64,000 bases of DNA from Candidatus Enterousia sp. Lineage in GTDB: Bacteria; Pseudomonadota; Alphaproteobacteria; Rs-D84. Made by a program: the position numbers and the translations under genes. This document shows, one piece after another, positions 55,181-64,000 of this stretch. Below the pieces are notes generated by a model. It did not search any database and was not told the DNA's origin. It saw nothing but the letters and a program-made list of their open reading frames with translations. Position 1 is the stretch's first letter. Each line of letters begins with the position of its first letter. The stretch spans positions 965 through 64,964 of the forward strand of contig JAZRJG010000021.1 in assembly GCA_045645725.1 (NCBI GenBank). The letters run 5' to 3'.

Positions 55181-56974
55181 ATGAAGCAGTCCAATATCCG
55201 AAATTTTTCAATCGTTGCACATATTGATCATGGTAAATCTACATTATCCGATAGATTGATTGAATATACGGGTGGATTACAATCACGTGAAATGAAGGCG
55301 CAGGTCTTGGATTCCATGGATATTGAACGTGAACGTGGTATCACAATTAAGGCACAAACCGTACGTTTGAATTATACCGCCAAAAATGGTGAAACATATC
55401 AATTGAATTTGATGGATACGCCGGGACATGTGGATTTTTCGTACGAAGTGTCACGTTCGTTGGCGGCGTGTGAAGGTGCGTTGGTGTTGGTTGATGCAAC
55501 CCAAGGTGTTCAGGCACAAACATTGGCAAATGCATATTTGGCATTGGATAATGATTTGGAAATGTTGCCGGTGTTAAACAAGATTGATTTGCCGTCCAGT
55601 GATGTTGCCGCGACCCGTGAACAGATTGCAGATGTTATTGGTTTGGATGCAAATGAAGCGTTGGCTGTATCGGGTAAAACGGGCGATGGTGTGCCGGAAT
55701 TGTTGGAAGAAATTGTAAATAAATTGCCCGCGCCACATGGTGATGAAAATGCGTCAACACGTGCGTTGTTGGTGGATTCTTGGTATGATTCATATTTGGG
55801 CGTTGTGATTTTGGTGCGTGTGGTTGATGGTGCTTTGTCACGTGGTCAGAAAATTAAATTTATGGCGACGGGCGCGGAATATGTTGTGGATAAAATTGGA
55901 TACTTTACGCCAAAGATGGTCAATGTTGATAAATTACATACCGGTGAAATTGGATTTATTATCACGGGTATGAAAACAATACATGACTGTAAAGTTGGGG
56001 ATACAATCATTGATGCCAAATGTGATAATGCGCAAATGTTGCCGGGGTTCAAACCGTCTGTGCCGGTGGTGTTTTCATCATTCTTTCCGGTCGAAGCAGA
56101 TGATTATCCGACATTCCGTGAAAGTGCAGAAAAGTTGGCATTAAATGATGCGTCGTTTATGTTTACGGTTGAAAAATCATCTGCGCTGGGGTTTGGTTTA
56201 AGATGCGGATTTTTGGGATTGCTGCATATGGAAATTATCAGTGAAAGATTAAGTCGTGAATTTAATTTGAATCTGATTAACACGGTGCCAAGTGTGCTGT
56301 ATAAAATTCATCTGCGTGATGGTTCGGTGATTGATTTGGAAAATCCGGCAGATATGCCCGAGCCAACACGAATCGCCGCCATAGAAGAACCGTGGGTGCG
56401 CGCAACAATTATGATGCCCGACAAGTATATGGGGGGTATTATGTCGCTGTGTGCGGAACGTCGTGGCGTACAGGAAAATATTTCATATGTCGGAAATCGT
56501 GCGGTATTGGTGTATCAATTGCCTTTGGCAGAAATTGTGTTTGATTTTTATGACCGTGTGAAATCTATATCGTCGGGATATGCGTCATTTGACTATGTGG
56601 TTTATGGGTATCAAGCGTCCGATTTGGTCAAAGTAAATATATTGGTTAATGAAGAAAATGTAGAGCCGTTGTCATTTATGTGTCATCGTTCGTTCGCAGA
56701 AAAGCGTGGCCGTCAGATTGTAGAAAAATTAAAAGATTTAATCCCACGTCATCAATTCAAAATACCATTACAGGCCGCAATCGGTGGCAAGATTATTGCA
56801 AGAGAGACAATTGCTGCGTATAGAAAAGACGTTACGGCAAAATGCTATGGTGGGGATATTACACGTAAACGTAAATTGTTGGAAAAACAGAAAGAGGGTA
56901 AAAAACGTTTGCGTTCGTTCGGTAATGTAGAAATACCACAGTCCGCATTTATTAATGCATTAAAGGTGTCGTAA
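55181..56974 (+). CDS. lepA: translation elongation factor 4 (LepA)
   Basis: The G-domain is [21 protein letters not shown], with ...DTPGHVDF and NKIDL. The LepA-specific C-terminal ...[17 protein letters not shown] is present. The start is ATG 55181 with RBS AGGTGG. Confidence 0.95.
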   Translation: MKQSNIRNFSIVAHIDHGKSTLSDRLIEYTGGLQSREMKAQVLDSMDIERERGITIKAQTVRLNYTAKNGETYQLNLMDTPGHVDFSYEVSRSLAACEGALVLVDATQGVQAQTLANAYLALDNDLEMLPVLNKIDLPSSDVAATREQIADVIGLDANEALAVSGKTGDGVPELLEEIVNKLPAPHGDENASTRALLVDSWYDSYLGVVILVRVVDGALSRGQKIKFMATGAEYVVDKIGYFTPKMVNVDKLHTGEIGFIITGMKTIHDCKVGDTIIDAKCDNAQMLPGFKPSVPVVFSSFFPVEADDYPTFRESAEKLALNDASFMFTVEKSSALGFGLRCGFLGLLHMEIISERLSREFNLNLINTVPSVLYKIHLRDGSVIDLENPADMPEPTRIAAIEEPWVRATIMMPDKYMGGIMSLCAERRGVQENISYVGNRAVLVYQLPLAEIVFDFYDRVKSISSGYASFDYVVYGYQASDLVKVNILVNEENVEPLSFMCHRSFAEKRGRQIVEKLKDLIPRHQFKIPLQAAIGGKIIARETIAAYRKDVTAKCYGGDITRKRKLLEKQKEGKKRLRSFGNVEIPQSAFINALKVS

Positions 56975-56994
56975 CAAAACCAAAGGGGGCCAAT

Positions 56995-58002
56995 ATGGCG
57001 CACCAGTTTTATTTTAATCCGTATATTTTGGATAACTTGCCGGCACCGGCCAAGGGATTCGATGTGGTGCAAGATATTTCCGAACCGCGTTTGCGTATGT
57101 ATGTTACCAGTCGTGGTGTGAAAACTTTTTTTGTGCGTAAGCGTGTGCGTGGTAAAGACAAGCGTATTTTAATTGGCCCATATCCGCATGTTGATATAGA
57201 AGAAGCACGCAGTGCTGTACAAAATATTTTGGATAATGCAATGAAGAAACCGCCTGTGCGCAGAAAGAAAATTTCTTTTAAGCAGTTCTTGGATATGTAT
57301 TTGGAAAACAAAGTGCGACGCGGTGAAGATTCTTATATGAAATTATTGCGTACGGTTAATCGGCATTTGGTTTCTTTGTTTGATAAAAAAATTTGTGAAG
57401 TAACCACCGATGATATTCGTAATTTAATTTCGGGAATTTGTGGTCGGGCAATTGCCGCGCGTATGCAAGAATTGTTGCAGAGTATATTTAATTATGCGAT
57501 TGATATGGGGTATGTAAAATCTAATCCGGTTGTTGGTTTGGAAAAGATAAAACAAAACAGACGTGTGCGTCCGTTGAATCAGGCGGGGTTATTAAGGTTG
57601 ATTGATGCAATTGGCGCGGTTGAAGATATTGTTTTGCGGTCTGCGTTTTATATGCTGATTTATGGTTTTGCGCCACGTTCAAAAGTGTTTGCTATGTCAT
57701 GGGAAGATTTAGATTTTAATCATGATATGTGGAATGGTTGGCCTTTGTCGGACAGGGCGATTGTGTTGTTACAGGATTTGCCACAAGATGGTCAATGGGT
57801 ATTCGCAGGACGTGGTGGTATGCATTTGACCGATCCGCGAACAACGTGGCGACGTGTCGCGGCGGCGGCGGGTATTCCAAATTTGACAATGGATGACGTG
57901 TATAAATTTTTAATGCGTCGTGTTGTGTGGGCGTCTGATCGTGAAGATTTGCGCAATAATTTGAACGATTTATTAGACGATATTTTGTATCAAAATCAGT
58001 AA
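56995..58002 (+). CDS. tyrosine recombinase/phage-type integrase family protein (short, possibly degenerate)
   Basis: The RBS is AAGGGGGCCAAT. The N-terminal DUF4102/arm-binding-like block is ...PAKGFDVVQDISEPRLRMYVTSRGVKTFFVRKRVRGKDKRILIGPYPHVDIEEARSAV. A SAM-like core-binding region is present. The C-terminal has ...APRSKVFAMSWEDLDF, ...MHLTDPRTTWRR and ...MDDVYKFL as weak box I/II equivalents. The product is only 335 aa. Confidence 0.55.
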   Translation: MAHQFYFNPYILDNLPAPAKGFDVVQDISEPRLRMYVTSRGVKTFFVRKRVRGKDKRILIGPYPHVDIEEARSAVQNILDNAMKKPPVRRKKISFKQFLDMYLENKVRRGEDSYMKLLRTVNRHLVSLFDKKICEVTTDDIRNLISGICGRAIAARMQELLQSIFNYAIDMGYVKSNPVVGLEKIKQNRRVRPLNQAGLLRLIDAIGAVEDIVLRSAFYMLIYGFAPRSKVFAMSWEDLDFNHDMWNGWPLSDRAIVLLQDLPQDGQWVFAGRGGMHLTDPRTTWRRVAAAAGIPNLTMDDVYKFLMRRVVWASDREDLRNNLNDLLDDILYQNQ

Positions 58003-58010
58003 GTGACGTT

Positions 58011-58040
58011 TTGTCAAGTTTTGTTATCGTTTGTTATAAT
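58011..58040 (+). promoter_or_regulatory. candidate sigma70 promoter for acpP
   Basis: The -35 is TTGTCA, the spacer is 18 bp and the -10 is TATAAT. It lies about 90 nt upstream of the acpP ATG. Confidence 0.35.
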
Positions 58041-58132
58041 TCCTTGACATGGGGGTTGTAAAATGATAGTTTATCTAACAATGACGGTCATGGTAAGGAC
58101 CAAACAATTTAACAAAAACAAAGGAAAAAAAT

Positions 58133-58369
58133 ATGACAACTTTTGAAAAAGTAAAAAAGATCGTAGCAGAAAAACTGGGTGTGCCAGAAGATAAAGTTAC
58201 AGAATCTGCAGCGTTCGTTAACGATTTGGGCGCAGACAGTTTGGACGTTGTTGAATTCGTTATGGAAGTTGAAAAAGAATTCGATATCACTATTCCAGAT
58301 GATGCAGCGGCTAAATTGGAAAAAGTTGGTGATGCAGTAAAATACATCGAAGAACACAAGAAAAACTAA
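58133..58369 (+). CDS. acpP: acyl carrier protein
   Basis: The 78-aa product has ...[30 protein letters not shown]..., including the phosphopantetheine Ser in DSLD. It is highly similar to housekeeping AcpP. Confidence 0.95.
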   Translation: MTTFEKVKKIVAEKLGVPEDKVTESAAFVNDLGADSLDVVEFVMEVEKEFDITIPDDAAAKLEKVGDAVKYIEEHKKN

Positions 58370-58493
58370 TTTCTTTTTCGAAAAAGGTTATGAAATCCGT
58401 CGGATGTTTGTTCGGCGGATTTTTCTGTTGTATTTTTGGATGTAAAATGTTTAATATGTACGTGTGTTAAAACATGATAAAGGAATATATAAT

Positions 58494-59741
58494 ATGAAAA
58501 GAGTTGTTATCACCGGTATGGGTATTGTGTCGCCTGTTGGAACGGGAATTGAACACGCATGGAAAAATATATTGGCCGGTAAATCGGGTATTAATAAAAT
58601 AACCGATTTTAATGTCGATGATTTGGCGTCTCAGATTGCGGGTGTGCCACAGGTTGGAACAGATGCAGGGATGTTGAATCCGGATGCGGTTATTGAACCA
58701 CGTGAACAACGTAAATTAGATAAATGTATTATCTATGCTTTGGTTGCTGCAGATGAAGCGTTACGCGATGCGGGGTTGATTGATTATGCGGGTGATAAAA
58801 CCCGTGTTGGTGTGTCGGTCGGCAGTGGTATTGGTGGTCTGAATACAATTTATGATAACTGTATTGAATTGCACGAAGGTGGTCCACGTCGCGTCAGTCC
58901 TTTCTTTATTCCAAAAGGTATTATCAATATGGCGGCGGGAAATATTTCTATTAAATATGGTCTGCGTGGTCCAAATATTTCTGTGGTTACGGCATGTGCA
59001 ACCGGTGCGCATTCAATTGGTGAAGCGGCCCGTATGATAAAATATGGCGATGCAGATATTATGGTTTGTGGTGGTACAGAAAGTGCAGTTGGGCGTATTG
59101 GCTTGGCGGGATTTTCGGCTATGCGTGCGTTAAGTACACGTAATGATGAACCAATGCGCGCATCGCGCCCATGGGATAAAAATCGTGATGGGTTTGTTAT
59201 GGCCGAAGGCGCAGGGATTTTGGTGTTGGAAGAATATGAACATGCCGTTGCGCGTGGTGCAAAAATTTATGCCGAAGTTGCGGGGTATGGTATGTCGGCC
59301 GATGCGTATCATATTACTGCGCCGGCACAAAATGGCGAAGGTGGCAGACGTGCAATGGAATCGGCGTTACAAGATGCGGGGTTGAAACCGGCGGATGTTG
59401 ACTATATCAATGCGCACGGAACATCGACCGGTTTGGGGGACGTTGGTGAATTGGCCGCTGTTCAAGAATTGTTTGCAGGCGTTGATGTATCTATGTCGTC
59501 AACCAAGTCCATGACGGGACACTTGTTGGGTGCCGCCGGTGCAGTAGAAGCGATTTTCTGTACTTTGGCGATGCGTGACGGTATTGTTCCGCCAACCATC
59601 AATTTGGATGATCCAGAAGATGCGGTTAATGGATTGGATTTGGTTCCACATGTCGCAAAAATACGTAAAGTTGATGTTGCGGTAAGTAATTCGTTTGGGT
59701 TTGGTGGTACGAATGCGAGTATTGTACTGAAGAAAATATAA
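58494..59741 (+). CDS. fabF: 3-oxoacyl-ACP synthase II
   Basis: The N-terminal is MKRVVITGMGIVSPVGTG. The active-site Cys lies in ...VTACATGAHSIGEA. The catalytic His residues lie in ...NAHGTSTGLGD and ...TGHLLGAAG. The C-terminal is ...SNSFGFGGTNASIVLKK. Confidence 0.95.
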   Translation: MKRVVITGMGIVSPVGTGIEHAWKNILAGKSGINKITDFNVDDLASQIAGVPQVGTDAGMLNPDAVIEPREQRKLDKCIIYALVAADEALRDAGLIDYAGDKTRVGVSVGSGIGGLNTIYDNCIELHEGGPRRVSPFFIPKGIINMAAGNISIKYGLRGPNISVVTACATGAHSIGEAARMIKYGDADIMVCGGTESAVGRIGLAGFSAMRALSTRNDEPMRASRPWDKNRDGFVMAEGAGILVLEEYEHAVARGAKIYAEVAGYGMSADAYHITAPAQNGEGGRRAMESALQDAGLKPADVDYINAHGTSTGLGDVGELAAVQELFAGVDVSMSSTKSMTGHLLGAAGAVEAIFCTLAMRDGIVPPTINLDDPEDAVNGLDLVPHVAKIRKVDVAVSNSFGFGGTNASIVLKKI

Positions 59742-59746
59742 GAAAT

Positions 59747-59770
59747 AACCGCCCGATTGGGCGGTTTTAA
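59747..59770. terminator. bidirectional rho-independent terminator between fabF and gene A
   Basis: The stem is aaccgccc/gggcggtt with loop gatt, followed by a T-run. Confidence 0.75.
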
Positions 59771-59771
59771 T

Positions 59772-60065
59772 TTAGCGTTGTTTTTGATAGAAATCACACA
59801 ATTTTGAAGCATGATTTGCTAATTTTATAGCGGTGTATTCTGGTTCAATATCATGAATCAGTTTGTATTGGTCAATAATTTTACCACAGTCGATGATGCG
59901 ATTGCCAGTTGTATAAAAATTAGGGATTGCGACATTGTTAATTGCAGGCAATGTGTCCCATAAAGTTTTACCAGATTGGTCTGTGATAAAACCGATGGTA
60001 CATTTTTTCGCGCAGCCTTCGCAGTATTTGGTAGTATTGACTTTGTTTTCCTGTGTGAATGACAT
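59772..60065 (-). CDS. small Cys-rich hypothetical protein A (97 aa); paralog of B and C
   Basis: The internal ATG is chosen with RBS AGGAAACAAT. The N-terminal MSFTQENKVNTTKYCEGCAKKCTIGF has a CxxCxxxC-xxGF motif. The C-terminal is ...IKLANHASKLCDFYQKQR. Confidence 0.55.
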   Translation of the reverse strand: MSFTQENKVNTTKYCEGCAKKCTIGFITDQSGKTLWDTLPAINNVAIPNFYTTGNRIIDCGKIIDQYKLIHDIEPEYTAIKLANHASKLCDFYQKQR

Positions 60066-60173
60066 ATTGTTTCCTTTTTTTTGTCGTAGTATTTTTTTTG
60101 TATTGGGGCACAGGCTATCACAAAAAAAACATGGGTCAAGTTTTTTCGTTTTGGGTGGTTTGTAAAATAGAAA

Positions 60174-60568
60174 AACCGGCACAAGGCCGATTTTAATTTT
60201 ATGCTCTTCGTCTTGGGGATCCCTCAGCATCGGGGTGATGCCTGCGGGGCATTCGTGACGATTTGACTGTGTGTTGCGTGTCAAATCTACTCATTGTCGA
60301 ACCGACATTGTTTCACAATGTGGGGTATTGCCCCCATACCCCCATACATAAAATAAAAACCGGCACAAGGCCGATTTTAATTTTATGGTCTTCGTCTTGG
60401 GGGTCCCTCGGCATCAGGGTGATGCCTGCGGGGCATTCGTGACGATTTGACTGTGCGTTGCGTGTCAAATCTACTCATTGTCGAACCGACATTGTTTCAC
60501 AATGTGGGGTATCGCCCCCGTACCCCATACATAAAACAAAAACCGGCACAAGGCCGATTTTAATTTTA
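60174..60568. repeat. tandem repeat of ~184 bp (2 full copies and a 28-bp partial) abutting the 3' end of tRNA-Pro
   Basis: The copies start at 60174, 60358 and 60541, and are about 93% identical. Each unit begins with the hairpin cggc-acaag-gccg plus a T-run, which acts as the tRNA terminator on the minus strand. Each unit also contains the internal hairpins tgtcg-aac-cgaca, cattg-tttca-caatg and tggggta-N9-tacccca. Confidence 0.85.
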
Positions 60569-60645
60569 TGGTCGGAGTAGCGGGGTTCGAACCCACGACC
60601 TCTACGTCCCGAACGTAGCACTCTACCAGGCTGAGCTATACTCCG
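60569..60645 (-). tRNA. tRNA-Pro (anticodon CGG)
   Basis: The minus-strand read is CGGAGTATAGCTCAGCCTGGTAGAGTGCTACGTTCGGGACGTAGAGGTCGTGGGTTCGAACCCCGCTACTCCGACCA. The anticodon stem is CTACG/CGTAG with loop TTCGGGA. A terminal CCA is encoded. Confidence 0.85.
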
Positions 60646-60694
60646 ATGTTTGTGGCATAGATTATGCGATTTTTGTTTGTTCTTTGCAACCTTT

Positions 60695-60949
60695 TTATCT
60701 TTGTTTGTACGCAGAATGGTTAAAATTATCGCACAGTTTGGAAATTTCGACTGCCAATTTTAATGCTTCGGTTGCGTTTTGGGTGTTAGCGAATATCGTA
60801 TAATCGCCGGGGGCTTTGTAAGATTTGATTACTGTGTCGCCCAGCATTGGATATGTTTTTCCGTTAAAAGTTGTAAAACCGTATTGGCATTTTTTGAAAC
60901 ATCCCAAACAACGGCGTGTATTCGTTCCACGATTTTGTGAAAAAGTCAT
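60695..60949 (-). CDS. small Cys-rich hypothetical protein B (84 aa)
   Basis: The internal ATG is chosen with an SD of GGGGG. The N-terminal is MTFSQNRGTNTRRCLGCFKKCQYGF. The C-terminal is ...LKLAVEISKLCDNFNHSAYKQR. Confidence 0.55.
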   Translation of the reverse strand: MTFSQNRGTNTRRCLGCFKKCQYGFTTFNGKTYPMLGDTVIKSYKAPGDYTIFANTQNATEALKLAVEISKLCDNFNHSAYKQR

Positions 60950-60962
60950 CTGTTGCCCCCAA

Positions 60963-61214
60963 TTAGTGTTGTTTTTCACGGTATTGGTTGCAATGTTTTG
61001 CAACTTCCCGTGCCAGTTCAACTGCTTGTTTTGGGGTGCGGATTTCTTCGGGTCTGATAAATTTATGTTCGCATCTGGATACCCAATAATTTTCAATAAT
61101 CTGACCATTTAATGTTGGATAAATGTTTCCGTTGTGACCGAATTTAAAATAGCCAAATTCACAATGCATGTCACAACCAATGCAATTTGTGTCTGGATTA
61201 ACGTTATTTGACAT
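60963..61214 (-). CDS. small Cys-rich hypothetical protein C (83 aa)
   Basis: The RBS is AAGGAGTAAAA. The N-terminal is MSNNVNPDTNCIGCDMHCEFGYF. The C-terminal is ...AVELAREVAKHCNQYREKQH. Confidence 0.55.
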   Translation of the reverse strand: MSNNVNPDTNCIGCDMHCEFGYFKFGHNGNIYPTLNGQIIENYWVSRCEHKFIRPEEIRTPKQAVELAREVAKHCNQYREKQH

Positions 61215-61346
61215 TTTTACTCCTTCAGGACCAAGATTTTATCATCGTATGGATTTTTGTCAATCTAGATTTTTTTGTTATGGGTACTTGTAATTTATGT
61301 GATTTAGTAGCATATTTTTATGGTATGTATACCAAAGGAAAAATAA

Positions 61347-63029
61347 ATGTTTATTCAGCGTTTTTTGAAAAAATATATATTTGATAATTATGATGATTAC
61401 AAAGAAAATGCGATTGTTGATGTGCCAGAAAACTTTAACTTTGCATATGATGTTGTTGATGCGATTGCATCGGAAAGCCCAGATAAAGTTGCGATTTTAT
61501 GGACAAATGATTCGGGTGAAAAAAAAGAAATTACTTTTCAAATATTGTCCGAAATGTCCAAAGCGACTGCGAATTTTTTGCGTGGGCGTGGCATTGGACG
61601 TGGTGATTTGGTGCTGTTGTTTATGCGTCGCAGATGGGAATATTGGGTTTTGATGATGGCTATGCACAGGTTGTGCGCTATTCCGGTGCCGTCAACCAAT
61701 CAATTAAAGGCAGAAGATATTAAGTATCGTTTGGGTGCCGCCGGTGCCAGAACGGTTATTGCGTATGATGATGGTGTTATTGTTGATGAAATTAAAAAGG
61801 CCATTGGCCAAGATTCTGTTCAGATAATTGATTGTGCAGAAGTGGCGAATGCGTGTGAAAATTGTTCAACCGATTTTGAACGTATTAAAAATGAAAATAC
61901 CGATACAATGGTTGTGTATTTTACCAGTGGTACAACCGATATGCCAAAAATGGTTGCGCATAATTTTGCGTATCCATTGGGACATATTAATACTGCGGTT
62001 TATTGGCAGCAATTAACCGATGGGGATATTCACTTTACTTTATCCGAATCTGGGTGGGCCAAGTGTTCGTGGGGAAAAATGTATGGCCAATGGATGGCGG
62101 GTGCAACCGTTTTTGTTTTTGATTTCAGTCGTGTCTTTACCGCGCGTGATTTGTTAAATGCAATCAGTGAAAATCATGTTACGTCTTTCTGTGCGCCACC
62201 GACGGCATATAAAATGATGTTGGGTGCAAATATGGCAAAATATGATTTGTCGTCTTTGAAAAAAGCGTCCGTTGCGGGTGAAGCATTGAATCCGGAGGTT
62301 TATGAACGTTTTCAAGAAAGAACGGGTGTTATAATGCGTGAAGGTTTTGGTCAAACCGAAACTTGTTTAATGTTATTTAATAATCCGTGGATTAAACCAA
62401 AACCTGGGTCTATGGGTATGCCGGCGGCAGGTTGGGATATTGTGTTGTTGGACGAACGTGCGCGACCAATTGCCGAGCCAAATACGGTTGGTGAAATTTG
62501 TGTCGCCGTTGCGGACAAAAAACCAATGGGGTTATTCCAAGGATATCATAAAAATGAAAAACAAACCGCCATGGTATGTCGTGATGGATATTATCATACA
62601 GGTGATATGGCGTACTTTGATGCGGATGGATATTTCTGGTTTGTGGGTCGAAATGACGATTTGATTAAAACCAGTGGTTATCGCGTCAGCCCATTTGAAG
62701 TTGAATCTGTGTTGTTGGAACATCCTGCGGTGCGTGAAGTTGCGGTTACGGCCGTGCCCGATGCGTCACGTGGCCAAGCGGTCAAAGCAACAATTGTTTT
62801 GAATAAATATTTTCAACCAACAGATGTTTTGGTTCGTCAATTACAGGATTACGTGCGTACGAATACCGCCCATTATAAAAGCCCACGTGTAATTGAATTT
62901 GTTGATATGTTGCCTATGACAATCAGCGGTAAAATCAGACGTGCATTAATTCGTACTTTGGATAGCGCAAAAGAGTCCATTGTTGACCCAATCAAAAATA
63001 CCATTGGTCTTGGGAAAGAAGAAGTTTAA
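61347..63029 (+). CDS. AMP-dependent acyl-CoA synthetase/ligase (medium-chain acyl-CoA/acetyl-CoA synthetase-like)
   Basis: The AMP-binding motif is VVYFTSGTTDMPKMV. The mid region is ...EGFGQTETC... The block ...GDMAYFDADGYFWFVGRNDDLIKTSGYRVSPFEVE is present. The C-terminal is ...ISGKIRR. The product is 560 aa. Confidence 0.8.
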   Translation: MFIQRFLKKYIFDNYDDYKENAIVDVPENFNFAYDVVDAIASESPDKVAILWTNDSGEKKEITFQILSEMSKATANFLRGRGIGRGDLVLLFMRRRWEYWVLMMAMHRLCAIPVPSTNQLKAEDIKYRLGAAGARTVIAYDDGVIVDEIKKAIGQDSVQIIDCAEVANACENCSTDFERIKNENTDTMVVYFTSGTTDMPKMVAHNFAYPLGHINTAVYWQQLTDGDIHFTLSESGWAKCSWGKMYGQWMAGATVFVFDFSRVFTARDLLNAISENHVTSFCAPPTAYKMMLGANMAKYDLSSLKKASVAGEALNPEVYERFQERTGVIMREGFGQTETCLMLFNNPWIKPKPGSMGMPAAGWDIVLLDERARPIAEPNTVGEICVAVADKKPMGLFQGYHKNEKQTAMVCRDGYYHTGDMAYFDADGYFWFVGRNDDLIKTSGYRVSPFEVESVLLEHPAVREVAVTAVPDASRGQAVKATIVLNKYFQPTDVLVRQLQDYVRTNTAHYKSPRVIEFVDMLPMTISGKIRRALIRTLDSAKESIVDPIKNTIGLGKEEV

Positions 63030-63089
63030 ATGGGTAGAATGGTGTTTCGTTATATGATATAATTTGTTGGTGTATAAAGAGGTGTGTAA

Positions 63090-64000
63090 ATGAGTAATGC
63101 TGGTGCCTTTAAGGATGGAATAAAAGTTTTGACGGGAAACGATGTTCAAATGACAGAAGGACAAGAAGTTGAATATATGTCCGATGTTAATAATTGGATA
63201 TTGGTGCATGCAACAAAATATATGCCATTGAAAAATGAAAATGGTCAATTCTATATCCCGACGACCGCAATGGCAACAAAGTTCGAAATACCGCGTTCTA
63301 CCGTTCATTTTACATTAAATCATATTGTTACAAATCATGGGTATGGTTCATGGGATAATGCAGATATTGTGATTATGACGCCGTATAATGATGCAGTAAA
63401 AATGAATGGAAATCCGGCCGAAGTTTCTGTGCATGATACTTATTTTTCGCCCGATGTGACGGGGGGTATGCTGTTGCCGGATGGAACCCATATTGTCCGG
63501 CCGGTATATGATTTGCCGGATGGCCAGTTATTTGAAGTGCGTGGAAATGAAACGGTGTATAAATCTTTAGATTTTACGGATGATGAAATTCAAACACTGT
63601 TGCCGATGTTGGGGTGGGGCGATCGTGATAAGTATGATGCGTTTGCAAATGCCGATTTTAATCCGGATGAGTTGGGGATGATAATAGAATCTTTGGGTGA
63701 TGCGGGTAAAAAGTTTTATGAAAATGCCAAGAATAAAAAAGAATTTTTAGTGGGCGTTTTTGAAAGTGCGCGTCATGCTGTTTTGGGGTTGCGTGTGCGC
63801 GAAATGGCGATGCGTGAAACGATGAAGGTAATGGGACAACATGATGTGCGGTACGCGTCGGATTTAAGTAATGTTGCCCAAAGTGTGGCCAAAGTGGCAC
63901 AGGGAATGGGGTTGCAGGGAAATATCAGTAATAAGGGGCATTCTGGCTCTGTGTATGCCGAAATTGAATTGGTGTGGAAGCAGCATGAAGCAATTATGAA
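63090..64000 (+). CDS. hypothetical protein, 3'-truncated by the window end (more than 303 aa)
   Basis: The RBS is AAGAGGTGTGTAAATG. The frame is open from 63090 to the window end. The N-terminal is MSNAGAFKDGIKVLTGNDVQM... There is no signal peptide and no motif recognised. It was absent from the ORF track because there is no stop codon. Confidence 0.5.
   Translation, partial: MSNAGAFKDGIKVLTGNDVQMTEGQEVEYMSDVNNWILVHATKYMPLKNENGQFYIPTTAMATKFEIPRSTVHFTLNHIVTNHGYGSWDNADIVIMTPYNDAVKMNGNPAEVSVHDTYFSPDVTGGMLLPDGTHIVRPVYDLPDGQLFEVRGNETVYKSLDFTDDEIQTLLPMLGWGDRDKYDAFANADFNPDELGMIIESLGDAGKKFYENAKNKKEFLVGVFESARHAVLGLRVREMAMRETMKVMGQHDVRYASDLSNVAQSVAKVAQGMGLQGNISNKGHSGSVYAEIELVWKQHEAIM

Noticed and set aside
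56995-59741. The idea that acpP-fabF here are island-borne extra copies delivered by the adjacent integrase
   Set aside because: AcpP is near-identical in pattern to housekeeping AcpP and FabF is canonical. This is more likely the core copy, with the integrase gene a decayed neighbour.
1-64000. Search for Neisseria-type DNA uptake sequences (GCCGTCTGAA and dialects), prompted by the strong TTG-Leu codon bias
   Set aside because: No DUS-like 10-12-mers were found by eye in intergenic hairpins. The terminators are ordinary GC stems, so no DUS claim is made.
1-64000. CRISPR arrays, rRNA genes, IS transposases
   Set aside because: No regularly spaced short direct repeats, no rRNA-like conserved stretches and no DDE/HTH transposase ORFs were seen. 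The repeats present are a 184-bp tandem repeat, palindromic IRs and hairpin elements, none CRISPR-like.

Overview
The window is a roughly 41-43% GC (eyeballed) chromosomal segment from a Gram-negative, proteobacterium-like genome. Leucine is very strongly biased to TTG, with GTT, GCG and GGT also favoured. Three elements could support an alpha-proteobacterial or intracellular-like origin: TolB-Pal, GatCAB with SufBC, and an orphan VirB2-like pilin. The taxon cannot be fixed from sequence alone. Most of the window is housekeeping backbone. Recognisable genes are tatC, a LysM/M23 peptidase, miaB, gatB/gatA/gatC, ruvX, an AI-2E transporter, sufB-sufC, topoisomerase IV ParE, dnaJ, pgsA, uvrC, an RluC-like pseudouridine synthase, AsmA, the diadenylate cyclase cdaA, class II fba, tolB, plsC, ftsEX, pal, rbfA, lepA, acpP-fabF and an acyl-CoA synthetase. 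There are three tRNAs: Lys-CTT, Phe-GAA and Pro-CGG. Several accessory or unusual blocks are interleaved. (1) Four small ORFs are packed translationally between gatC and gatA. (2) A surface-protein island of about 13 kb spans roughly 40.4-53.5 kb. It holds six secreted Ala-rich coiled-coil paralogs, a 700-aa Cys-rich secreted protein, a PLD-family lipoprotein and a GIY-YIG gene flanked by palindromic repeats. (3) Orphan type IV pilus parts are scattered: a TcpQ-like protein, a lipoprotein secretin and, further away, a pilin. (4) An orphan VirB2/TrbC-like pilin sits with a DinD-like gene and a BrnA-like antitoxin. (5) Three Cys-rich small paralogs and a 184-bp tandem repeat flank tRNA-Pro. (6) A family of REP-like hairpin elements lies at gene 3' ends. 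(7) A short tyrosine-integrase-like gene lies between lepA and acpP. No rRNA or CRISPR was seen. Every protein identification rests on motif recognition by eye, not on a database search.
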